NCBI GenBank assembly: GCA_002393065.1
Contig: DGGW01000066.1
Span: 435 to 64,434 of the forward strand
Source of the DNA: Alphaproteobacteria bacterium UBA3864
GTDB taxonomy: Bacteria > Pseudomonadota > Alphaproteobacteria > CAAGCB01 > CAG-977
Reading direction: 5' to 3'
DNA length: 64,000 nucleotides
The notes below the pieces were generated by a model that was given only the letters and a program-made list of their open reading frames with translations, did not search any database and had not been told where the DNA came from. Shown here one piece after another: positions 18,532 to 27,183 of the stretch (position 1 is its first letter; the number at the start of each line of letters is the position of its first letter). The position numbers and the translations under genes are program-made.

Positions 18532-19347
18532 TTAGATCTCCTTTACAAAACGAGTGATGATGCGCTGCAGTTTCTTGCCGGCTTCGTCGGCCTGCGCGAG
18601 GGTTTCTTCGTGGGTTTGCTTTTCCTGCACCATGCCGGCGCCGTAGTTCGTGATGACGGATACGCCGACGACTTTCATGCCGCAATGGACGGCGCAAAGG
18701 GTTTCGGAAACGGTGGACATGCCGACGGCGTCCGCGCCGATCATTTTGAACATCCGGATTTCCGCCGGCGTTTCAAAGTTCGGTCCCGACGTCATCAGAT
18801 AGACGCCCGAACGCAGGTTGATGCTTTCGGATTCGGCGACGGTCAACAGCTTTTTGCGCAGATCACGGTCGTAAGCGTACGTCATGTCGGGGAAACGGGG
18901 ACCGACGGTTTCGTCGTTCGGTCCGATCAGCGGGTTGAATCCGGACAAATTGATATGATCGGAAATGATCATCAGGCTGCCCGGCCCCATGTCGATCTTC
19001 AGCGATCCGGCCGCGTTGGTCAGAATCATCGTTTCGATGCCCAAAGCCCGATAGGAGCGGATGACCAGCGCCAGCGCCGCGGGGCTGTGGCCTTCGTAAT
19101 AATGGACGCGTCCCTGCATGCACAGCACGTCGATGCCGTTCAGTTTGCCGACGACCAGACGGCCCGCATGGCCGGAAACGGTGGAATGAGGGAATCCTTC
19201 GATGTCTTCGTAAGGAATGATGACGGGATTGTCGATGGCTTCCGCGATACCGCCCAGGCCGCTGCCCAAAATAATGCCGATTTTCGGTTGATAATTTCCG
19301 ATTTTGCTTTTGATTTGATCCGCAACCTGTTTGATGTTGTTTTGCAT
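18532..19347 (-). CDS. punA: Purine nucleoside phosphorylase, trimeric PNP-I/PunA-XapA family.
   Basis: IGIILGSGLGG..., GHAGRLVVGKL, MQGRVHYYEG and MSTVSE motifs. 271 aa. Confidence 0.85.
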   Translation of the reverse strand: MQNNIKQVADQIKSKIGNYQPKIGIILGSGLGGIAEAIDNPVIIPYEDIEGFPHSTVSGHAGRLVVGKLNGIDVLCMQGRVHYYEGHSPAALALVIRSYRALGIETMILTNAAGSLKIDMGPGSLMIISDHINLSGFNPLIGPNDETVGPRFPDMTYAYDRDLRKKLLTVAESESINLRSGVYLMTSGPNFETPAEIRMFKMIGADAVGMSTVSETLCAVHCGMKVVGVSVITNYGAGMVQEKQTHEETLAQADEAGKKLQRIITRFVKEI

Positions 19348-19384
19348 GATGTCCTCGTGTGAAATTTCCGATCTGAAAAGTCGT

Positions 19385-19783
19385 TTAAGATAAATTCTCG
19401 GGGCCGAACGAGACCGGTAGAAGTTCGGCGAGAGTCATTGTTTTGCGAACGCCGTTCCTGTCGCAAATCAAAACCCGCGTTTCAGGGGTTGAAAATTCGC
19501 GAATCCGCTGACGGCAGGCGCCGCACGGCGAAACCAGATTTTCACCGTCGCCCATGACGACGATATCGGCTATTTTCGTGTCGCCGCCCAAAATCATGGC
19601 CGAAATGGCACCTTGTTCGGCGCACGACCCGACGGGGTACGACGCGTTTTCGACGTTGCATCCGGCGTATAACCGGCCGCTGTCGGATCGGATGACGGCG
19701 CCGACTTTGAAACGGGAATAAGGCGCGTACGCCTGCTCCATCGCTTTGCGGGCCATCTCCAGCATTTTATCAAGTTCTGTCAT
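19385..19783 (-). CDS. cdd: Cytidine deaminase (short, homotetrameric type).
   Basis: Zinc-binding C/H-AE and PCGxCRQ motifs (GSCAEQGAISAMI, PCGACRQRIREF). The ATG at 19783 gives MTELDKMLEMARKA. The ORF-track N-terminal extension has no support. Confidence 0.85.
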   Translation of the reverse strand: MTELDKMLEMARKAMEQAYAPYSRFKVGAVIRSDSGRLYAGCNVENASYPVGSCAEQGAISAMILGGDTKIADIVVMGDGENLVSPCGACRQRIREFSTPETRVLICDRNGVRKTMTLAELLPVSFGPENLS

Positions 19784-19974
19784 AAAAGTTGCCTTTATCA
19801 TAAATGTGTTACAGACTAAAACACTTTCAAAACTTTCGTCAAGAACAATCCTCAAAATTCAGACACGGCCCCGTTCGCGCCAAAAAAGGAAAACCGCGTA
19901 AAAAATTATGTTGGTTTTCATCCGCTCCTATTTTATAAAGAGAAGTAATCCGTATTTTTATAAGGAAGGAAACC

Positions 19975-20631
19975 ATGTACGATAAAACCCGCTATCCGAA
20001 TCTGCATATTTTGAATCATCCGTTGATTCAGCATAAGCTGACGCTGATGCGCGACGAAACGACATCGACGCGCACGTTCCGCGAATTGCTCAAGGAGATA
20101 GCGTTGCTGATGGGATATGAAGTTACGCGGGATCTGCCGTTGACGTACGAGGATATCAAAACGCCGTTGTGCGTTATGAAAGCGCCCGTCATCGCGGGAA
20201 AGAAACTGGCGGTCGTTCCCATCCTGCGCGCCGGTATCGGCATGGCCGACGGTTTGTTGCAACTGGTGCCTTCCGCCCGCGTCGGGCATATCGGTCTGTA
20301 TCGCGATCCCGAAACGCTGAAGCCGGTCGAATATCTGGTCAAGCTGCCGCCCGTCGACGACCGGTTGTTCATTCTGGTCGATCCGATGCTGGCAACGGGC
20401 AATTCGGCCGCCGCCGCCATCGACACGCTGATGAAAAAAGGCGTGCCCGAAAACAAGATCGTCTTTTTGGCTTTGGTTGCCGCGCCGGAAGGCGTCGAAT
20501 GTTTCTTTAAAGCGCATCCGAATATTCCGGTCTATATCGCGTCATTGGACGAAAGACTGAACGAACACGGGTATATCCTGCCCGGTCTGGGGGACGCGGG
20601 CGACCGTCTGTTCGGAACGAAGACCCGATAA
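19975..20631 (+). CDS. upp: Uracil phosphoribosyltransferase.
   Basis: [27 protein letters not shown]..., the PRPP-binding [11 protein letters not shown], 218 aa. It is divergent from the cdd-deo operon. Confidence 0.9.
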   Translation: MYDKTRYPNLHILNHPLIQHKLTLMRDETTSTRTFRELLKEIALLMGYEVTRDLPLTYEDIKTPLCVMKAPVIAGKKLAVVPILRAGIGMADGLLQLVPSARVGHIGLYRDPETLKPVEYLVKLPPVDDRLFILVDPMLATGNSAAAAIDTLMKKGVPENKIVFLALVAAPEGVECFFKAHPNIPVYIASLDERLNEHGYILPGLGDAGDRLFGTKTR

Positions 20632-20649
20632 CCGGCAGGGAGGTTTGTC

Positions 20650-23600
20650 GTGAAAAAGCTGATTATTCTTCTTTCATCGCTGGTCGTTGTCGTCGGTGCC
20701 GGCATATATTTCATTATGCCGTCCAATCTGGATTGGGACGGATACGTTCAGGCCGTTGAAAAAGAAATCAAAACGCAAACGGGACTTGCCCTGCGTTTCA
20801 CCGGCAAACCTCAATTCGTCGGCGGGACCGTTCCGTTGGTCAGAATCGAACAACCGACGCTTTCCAACGTTCCCGGCGCCGAAGCCATCCTGATGATGAA
20901 AGCGGATTCCATGGAAATCCAGCTGGATCGGGCGCAAATCTTCAAACGGCGGATCCGGGCGCGCAAAGTCGTTCTGCATTCGCCCGTTTTTAACTTCGAA
21001 CGGTTGAACGACGGCAAGTGGAACTGGCAGATCGCTTTTTTCGAACGGCGCGTGAAAAACGAAGCGCTGGGCTTCGAAAACCTGATGATCAGCAAAGGCA
21101 AGGCTGAGATCCATCCGGACAAATACTCCGCGACGGTTCGTTGGAACAATATCAACGCCGAACTTTTGGCCGACTCGGCGCGCGGGCCTTTCTATTTTGA
21201 CGGCATTGCCGGCACGTCGATCGCGACCGTCGGGTTTTCCATGAGAATTGATAAATTCGACGCCGGATCGTCGCCGAACGTCACGATGCGCATCACGCAC
21301 GCGCCGTCCGAATCGACCATGTCTTTCGTCGGGAAATACAGTCTTGACCCCGAAACGAAGGGCGATCTGACCGGTTCGATGTCGTTCGAAGTCCGCAAAA
21401 CCGCAGCTCTTTTTTCGTTGTTTTCAAAGGAAAAGCTTCCCGATTCCGTTTTTATGCCGTTGGTCGGGTCGATGAAGATCGCCGAAAATTCGCAAAGACG
21501 GGAACGCGTCCTTTCCGATTTCGTTTTCAAATACGGGCAATCCGCGGCCTCCGGATCGGTCAAAACCAGATTCCTTTCGGCCGACGAAGCCGTCGATCTG
21601 ATGGAAAAAAAGGAAGAAGTCGTTCTTGAGGAAGAGCTGATTTTGCGCGACCCGAGCAATCCGTCGGTGGCCGTCAACGTCGATCAGGTCAAGACGGAAA
21701 CGAAAATCGCCGAACATTTGCTTCCTTCCGAAACGGAAGCGTCCTTCGCTTTTTCAAAGCTTATGGCAGATCCCTTCGTCGCGGCGGCGCCCGATTTCGT
21801 CAAAGTGTTCGAAGAGTTTCACAACCCGCGCTCCAAAGATAAGGTGACGGTGAATCTGCTGCTTGATTCCGTCGAATACAGAAAGGTTCTGTTACGTCAG
21901 GGCGAAATCAAAATCGAAACGTCGGACAACGGGCTCCGGCTGACGGACTCCAAAATACGGTTCCCCGGCGAAACGGATGTGAAAGCGGACGGTTCTTTGC
22001 AGGTGTCGGGCGATAAACCGCTGTTCAATGTTCTTTTGTCGGCGGAAAGCAACAATATCGGCGATTTTTTAAACTGGGTCGGCTATCCCGTTCTCGACAA
22101 CCGTCCCGCCGATATTTGGCACCTCTTCAAGGGATCGGTGAATTTGACTCTTTCGGAAGACGGCGTTGTCCTGAAGGATATCCGGTTGTATCCGGACAGG
22201 GCGGAAATCACGGGATCCGCGGCCGTTCGTTACGGTTCCCGTCCCCGGATCGCCGTCAAAGCGAACGTCCGGAATTTCGACGCGAAAGCGTATTTCCCGG
22301 AAGCGGACAAGCTCGTGTCGGCGTTTGTGGCCGAACGGAAGGACAAAACGTTTGCCGCCCGCGTCCGTATGTTGTCCGACAAACTGAATCCGTTGAACAA
22401 AATGGAATTGTCCATGAACATTGCGGCCGATCTTGTCGACTTTACCGATTTTCAGGCGAAAAACGCGGCTTTGGACTTTTCGGTCCAGCAAGGCCGTTTG
22501 GTTTTGAACAATCTGTCGTCGGATGATTTGTGGAACGGGACAATCGCTTTATCGGGCGTTTTGGAACATTTGGGCAGCGATTTGACGTTTATGCCGATGA
22601 ATATTTCTTTGACCTCTTCGCGTCAAAACGAATTTTTGCATCAGAGCGGTTTTTCATGGCCGCTTCAGAGCTTGAACGATTTTACGGATCTGACGTTGCG
22701 GGGAAAGATCAACGGTACGGCTGATAAATTTACTTATGCGGCGGAGGTGCTTTCCGGTGATATGACGCTTAAAGCGGCGGGTGATTTTTCTGAATCCGGC
22801 GGTGAGAAGACGGGGCAAATCAGATTGTCCGGCGCCGACGGCGATTTCAGGCACTTCGTTTCGCTGTTTACGAAAAAATACAGACCGCTTTCGCCGAAAC
22901 CGGGCAATGTGGAAGCGTCCGCGAATATTTCTTTTGGAAAGAGTTTTATTAAAGTCGACAATCTGTCCCTCGTCATTCCCGACGCTGCGGAAATGCAGGG
23001 AAACGCCGTTTGGGCGCTCGGCGGCGACCGTCCCAATGTTCAGGCGTCTCTTGCGTTTTCGTTCGTGAACTTGAAAAAAGTCTTCCCGTCGCTGACGGAC
23101 AGCATCGTCGCGGGCGAGGAAACGGTGCTGACGGAAAACGTCTTTCAAAAGGACGGGGCTTTGGTCGATTTGGAAAAGATCAGTTTTTCCAGAAACAATT
23201 TCAATTTGTCGTTTTTGGGGAACTATGACGCCAAAATAGATATCACCGCAGACAGAATGTCTTACGGCCGAAGCGAATTCTTCAACGCCAGCGGTTTGAT
23301 CGAACTGACGCCATCTTTCGCGGAAGCGAAACTGTATTCCGCCGTCGTCAACGGCGCGACTTTGACTTTTTCGGCGAAAATATCTCCGGAAAACAGCGAT
23401 TATCGCGTCGAAGGGCAAATGAACCTGTCTGAAATCACCATTCCGAAAAGGGCGTTCAATTCCGAACTGTTCGATGTCAGCCAGATGGACGGCGGTTCTA
23501 TATATCTGAACGGCGTCGGGACGGGACGCACGCCGTTCGACGTTATGCGTTCGTTCGAAGGGACCGGATTCGCCGGATTCAGATCGGCGCTTATTACGGG

Positions 23601-24918
23601 GTTTTCATACAAGACTTTCCCCGAAATCTTTAAAACGGCGTCGCCCGAAAACATCGGTCTTCTTTCGGATACCGTCATGCGGGGCCGGACGCCGGTTTCG
23701 AAACTGCTGTCGAACCTTGTTTTCGAAAACGGCACGCTGAAGTCGGCGAAAACGCAACTGACGTACGAACAGGAACGGACGGATATCGGAACGGCCGCAT
23801 TCAACCTGACGGACGGAAGCTTTACGGCGGACTGGTCTTTTTCGCTTAAGGCCTTCAACGCTCCCGATTTCAGGCTGCAGTTGAACAAACAGGCCGGCAA
23901 GGACCTCGAACTGACGGAAAACGTTGCCGAAACGGCGCGCGGTTTCATCGTTAAAAACGAAGAGGACAAAGCCCGTAAAAAAGAAGCGCAGGAGAACGCG
24001 CGGGAAGCCCGCGCCAAAAAAGCCGCCGTGCGAAAACAATTCCAGCGCAACAAGCTGGTCGGCGAAGAGGCTTCTTTCTCGAACGAGCTTGACGCTCTCG
24101 ATAAAAGGATTGAGGCGTTGCAGGAATATCAGGACGTTTTCCAGGCCGCCCGATATACGGAACAGTTGCTCCTGATTCGAAAAGAAGCCAAAGCTTTACA
24201 GGACGATATCCGCGCGGCGTTGGCGTCGGACGACGTGTCCATTGAAAAGTTGCAGGATTTTCGTGAGAAAATCACGACCGTTCTGATTAACAAAAAACAG
24301 GAAATCGACGAAAATTACAATGCGGCGTTGCTGAAAGGCGTCAAAGGCCACGTCTATGCGGCGCTGACGGAAGGCAATTCGATTTTGAAAGAGATCATCC
24401 GGTTGAAAACGGAGTATTCCCGAATAGAAGATCTGGCGCAGTGCGTCCAAACGGGAATGGAACTGTTGAATAAACTGAAAGGCTTTGACGAACGGGCCGA
24501 AATGCCAATGAACGAAGCCGAACGCAGTTTGTTGCAAACAGAAACGAAGTTGACCTTGGATGCCGTCAAAAAGGAAAAAGAAACGGCGGACGATATGATT
24601 AAAAAGTATCAGCAGGCGGAGGAAGAAAAAATGGCGAAAGTCAGAGCCGAGGAAGAAGCGCGTCTGAAAGCCGAAGCCGAGGCCAAAGCCGCCGAGGAAG
24701 CCCGTCTGAAGGCCGAAGAAGAGGCCAGGGCCGACGCGTTGAAGAAAAAACAGGAAACGATTCATCGCAGGACCGTCATTGAAGGATCTCCGTGGTATGC
24801 TGACGTCGATGAACCTTCAACAAAACCCGCTTCCGGCGTTTTGTCTTTCGGCGGGACGTCAAAGCCTGTTTCCGGCGAAGAAAAGCCGGTCGATAAACCG
24901 ATCATCCGCCGACGCTGA
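20650..24918 (+). CDS. Giant AsmA-family-like protein (1422 aa) with a C-terminal coiled-coil/low-complexity tail.
   Basis: GTG start with SD GGGAGG. N-terminal TM plus an AsmA-like beginning (LLSSLVVVVGAGIYFI...LRFTGKPQFVGG). The C-terminal 300 aa are coiled coil with EEARLKAEAEAKAAEEARLKAEEEAR repeats. Confidence 0.7.
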   Translation: MKKLIILLSSLVVVVGAGIYFIMPSNLDWDGYVQAVEKEIKTQTGLALRFTGKPQFVGGTVPLVRIEQPTLSNVPGAEAILMMKADSMEIQLDRAQIFKRRIRARKVVLHSPVFNFERLNDGKWNWQIAFFERRVKNEALGFENLMISKGKAEIHPDKYSATVRWNNINAELLADSARGPFYFDGIAGTSIATVGFSMRIDKFDAGSSPNVTMRITHAPSESTMSFVGKYSLDPETKGDLTGSMSFEVRKTAALFSLFSKEKLPDSVFMPLVGSMKIAENSQRRERVLSDFVFKYGQSAASGSVKTRFLSADEAVDLMEKKEEVVLEEELILRDPSNPSVAVNVDQVKTETKIAEHLLPSETEASFAFSKLMADPFVAAAPDFVKVFEEFHNPRSKDKVTVNLLLDSVEYRKVLLRQGEIKIETSDNGLRLTDSKIRFPGETDVKADGSLQVSGDKPLFNVLLSAESNNIGDFLNWVGYPVLDNRPADIWHLFKGSVNLTLSEDGVVLKDIRLYPDRAEITGSAAVRYGSRPRIAVKANVRNFDAKAYFPEADKLVSAFVAERKDKTFAARVRMLSDKLNPLNKMELSMNIAADLVDFTDFQAKNAALDFSVQQGRLVLNNLSSDDLWNGTIALSGVLEHLGSDLTFMPMNISLTSSRQNEFLHQSGFSWPLQSLNDFTDLTLRGKINGTADKFTYAAEVLSGDMTLKAAGDFSESGGEKTGQIRLSGADGDFRHFVSLFTKKYRPLSPKPGNVEASANISFGKSFIKVDNLSLVIPDAAEMQGNAVWALGGDRPNVQASLAFSFVNLKKVFPSLTDSIVAGEETVLTENVFQKDGALVDLEKISFSRNNFNLSFLGNYDAKIDITADRMSYGRSEFFNASGLIELTPSFAEAKLYSAVVNGATLTFSAKISPENSDYRVEGQMNLSEITIPKRAFNSELFDVSQMDGGSIYLNGVGTGRTPFDVMRSFEGTGFAGFRSALITGFSYKTFPEIFKTASPENIGLLSDTVMRGRTPVSKLLSNLVFENGTLKSAKTQLTYEQERTDIGTAAFNLTDGSFTADWSFSLKAFNAPDFRLQLNKQAGKDLELTENVAETARGFIVKNEEDKARKKEAQENAREARAKKAAVRKQFQRNKLVGEEASFSNELDALDKRIEALQEYQDVFQAARYTEQLLLIRKEAKALQDDIRAALASDDVSIEKLQDFREKITTVLINKKQEIDENYNAALLKGVKGHVYAALTEGNSILKEIIRLKTEYSRIEDLAQCVQTGMELLNKLKGFDERAEMPMNEAERSLLQTETKLTLDAVKKEKETADDMIKKYQQAEEEKMAKVRAEEEARLKAEAEAKAAEEARLKAEEEARADALKKKQETIHRRTVIEGSPWYADVDEPSTKPASGVLSFGGTSKPVSGEEKPVDKPIIRRR

Positions 24919-25067
24919 ATTAAACCGGAGAATGTCTTGAAGGATAAAGGGCGTGTCCCCCGTAAAGGGGCGCGCCCTTTTTGGCGACATAAACAACTCT
25001 TTAATAAAGTTGAGCCATAATCTTATCCGGAATAAGAAACCGGAGGAATCTGTAAGGGGCTTTCGCT

Positions 25068-25673
25068 ATGAAAAAAATGCTTATGCTTGTTTTGTTGCCG
25101 GCGATGACGGGCTGTATCCGTTCCGAAGTCAAGGTGACCGCGCCCGTTCGGCAGGATGTGCCGGTCAAGGAAGAAACGAAAAAAACGCATTCTCCGTCTG
25201 CTTCTTCCTCTTCCGTTTCGGTGCCCGAAAACGTTCAATCTTCCGCCGGTGAAGAAAAGAAAGGATACGCTTCAAGCGATTTGCGCCGTTCCGCCAATAC
25301 GGTCGTCAACAATATGATCCGTTCCGGCGCTTTGGACAATCCTTCCGGGGACAAGTATGTCGTAACGACGGGACGTATCGTCAATAAAACGAAAGAAACC
25401 TTTAAAACGGACGAAATCGTCGCCGATATCAAATCGGCTCTGGCCGTTACGCGAAAAGTCAGGGTTGTCGGTTTGGCATCGAAGAACCCCGCGCCGAAAT
25501 TGATCGTGTCGGGATCGATTACGCACCGAATCGGTCATGTGCGCGGAAAAGAACGCCACGAATACTACTTGCGGCTGAATGTTACGGACCTGGGGTCCGG
25601 CACATCGCTGTGGGAAGGCGAAACGCCGATCGTCCGCAGAACGGCCGGCGTTAAAGATAATAAGACCAGGTAA
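25068..25673 (+). CDS. Lipoprotein, LpoB/COG3417-like.
   Basis: Lipobox LLPAMTGC. Ser/Pro-rich linker. C-terminal globular domain (VVNNMIRSGALDN...KYVVTTGRIVNKTKE...RVVGLA). Confidence 0.5.
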   Translation: MKKMLMLVLLPAMTGCIRSEVKVTAPVRQDVPVKEETKKTHSPSASSSSVSVPENVQSSAGEEKKGYASSDLRRSANTVVNNMIRSGALDNPSGDKYVVTTGRIVNKTKETFKTDEIVADIKSALAVTRKVRVVGLASKNPAPKLIVSGSITHRIGHVRGKERHEYYLRLNVTDLGSGTSLWEGETPIVRRTAGVKDNKTR

Positions 25674-26247
25674 TCGTATTTTCGCTGGGGGCGCAAACCG
25701 CGATGGAATCGGTCATCGACGGCAGCAACAATTTCGCCGGCGCTTTTCCTTCCCAGGTGAAAACGGTCGAATTCGTTTGGATCTGTTTCAAACCGGACGA
25801 CGGGTCGGATCCCCAATCGCCGGCCAGCAAATCGTTACAAATGCGAGGCGGAATGCCCTTGTAAGTCAGGGAGAAATACGGATAAGGCGAAGAACCGTCG
25901 CACGGGCTCGCATCGCCGGGGTTGCATAAAGCGAAAACCATTTCTGTTCCATACGGCGTGAAAGCTTTTTCGTCATTCGCGTCCGTCTGGTCGTAAACTC
26001 CCAATTTCAACAAATATGTCGGCGTCATTTGCGATGTTTCGGTGCTCGGTCTCGTTTGATCGGACGCGAAAACGGCGCGGGCGTTTTTTAAAATTCTTTG
26101 GACCTGCGCGACGGATTGTTGAGTTTTCATCTGGTTCGTCGCGTTCCTTATCATTGAAAAAACGCCGCCGCCCAAAACGGCCAGAAATCCGATAAAGGCG
26201 ATGATTTCCATCATGGTGTATCCGCGTTCGTCGCTTTTGATTTTCAT
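25651..26247 (-). CDS. Type IV pilin/pseudopilin-like protein with an N-terminal prepilin methylation motif.
   Basis: MKIKSDERG|YTMMEIIAFIGFLAVLGG is a G-[FY]-T-[LM]-x-E class III signal. SD AAAGGACAG. The 3' end overlaps the LpoB-like gene by 23 bp. Confidence 0.6.
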   Translation of the reverse strand: MKIKSDERGYTMMEIIAFIGFLAVLGGGVFSMIRNATNQMKTQQSVAQVQRILKNARAVFASDQTRPSTETSQMTPTYLLKLGVYDQTDANDEKAFTPYGTEMVFALCNPGDASPCDGSSPYPYFSLTYKGIPPRICNDLLAGDWGSDPSSGLKQIQTNSTVFTWEGKAPAKLLLPSMTDSIAVCAPSENTITWSYYL

Positions 26248-26260
26248 TATGTCTGTCCTT

Positions 26261-26539
26261 TCAAACCAAAATGTTCAGATACGTTCCGCGCGGCGCGTTC
26301 AAATAATACCGGCGTCCGTCAGCTTCGACAAATTCCGATCGATCCGTTGCAAAGGGAACTTCCCGTCCGTAGATGCGATTGTTCGGGGCGGTATCGGCGG
26401 ATGACGCCGAACGGGAAACGGGCGTCCTCTGCCTTTCGACGGGTAGCCTGTCCGCCGCCGAAACGGGCATTTTTACGGAAAAATCGGACATTTTCCTGTC
26501 CTTTCGGTAAACATTATTTAACTTAAATAGAGTATACAC
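26261..26539 (-). CDS. Hypothetical small protein upstream of the pilin gene. Doubtful.
   Basis: ORF only; it ends 13 bp before the pilin start. No motif. Confidence 0.25.
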   Translation of the reverse strand: MYTLFKLNNVYRKDRKMSDFSVKMPVSAADRLPVERQRTPVSRSASSADTAPNNRIYGREVPFATDRSEFVEADGRRYYLNAPRGTYLNILV

Positions 26540-26553
26540 GAAAAAGGGATGGA

Positions 26554-27183
26554 TTGAAACACGGGATTTTTACTGTGACGGATTTATTTTTTACGGAAAC
26601 GATCGTTACGCGATTCAGTCATGATTTGGCCGGTGTGATGAGCGCCGTGTCGAACAGCTTGTCTTTGTTGGCCGATTTCGGCGGCGCCGATGAGGAAACG
26701 TTGGCGTTGGCGACGGCGAACGCGGAAACGTTGCTGGCCAGATTGCGCTTTTTCCGTGCGGCGTTCGGATCGGACGGCCCGATAACGGATTTGACCGCCG
26801 CGAAAAAGATAACGGAAGATTATTTGAAATCCGTTGAAAACAGATCCGTGCGTTTGTCCTGCGTTTGGAAAACGGACGAAGATTTGCCTTTGCCGTTTTG
26901 CCGACTGTTTCTGCTGGGGGCGCAGATCGGTGCCGAAACGCTGATTCGCGGCGGCTCGATAACGATCACGGCGTCTTCGTCCGGCATCGGCGTCCGCGCC
27001 GAAGGCCCCGTCGTAAAAAGCGATAACGACGCGGTCGCTTTTTTGAAGGGAACGCTGGAAAAACCGACGCCGAAAGCGGCGCCGGCGATGCTTTCCGCCG
27101 CTTTTGCCGCGGAAAACGGATTGACGGCGAAAGTCGATTCGGACGATACTTACTTTAGTCTGACTTTCTTGCACAACGGATGA
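26554..27183 (+). CDS. chpT: ChpT-like histidine phosphotransferase (DHp-like domain plus a degenerate CA domain).
   Basis: Collinear with Caulobacter ChpT: IVTRFSHDLAGVMSAVSNSLSLL matches LAARLCHDFISPASAIVSGLDLL, LARLRFFRAAFG matches LQFTRVAFG, and LGAQIGAETLIRGGS matches the pseudo-ATPase region. TTG start. Confidence 0.7.
   Translation: MKHGIFTVTDLFFTETIVTRFSHDLAGVMSAVSNSLSLLADFGGADEETLALATANAETLLARLRFFRAAFGSDGPITDLTAAKKITEDYLKSVENRSVRLSCVWKTDEDLPLPFCRLFLLGAQIGAETLIRGGSITITASSSGIGVRAEGPVVKSDNDAVAFLKGTLEKPTPKAAPAMLSAAFAAENGLTAKVDSDDTYFSLTFLHNG

Noticed and set aside
18187-19362. 391-aa plus-strand ORF
   Set aside because: It lies antisense to deoC and the PNP gene. No motifs. GC-driven artefact.
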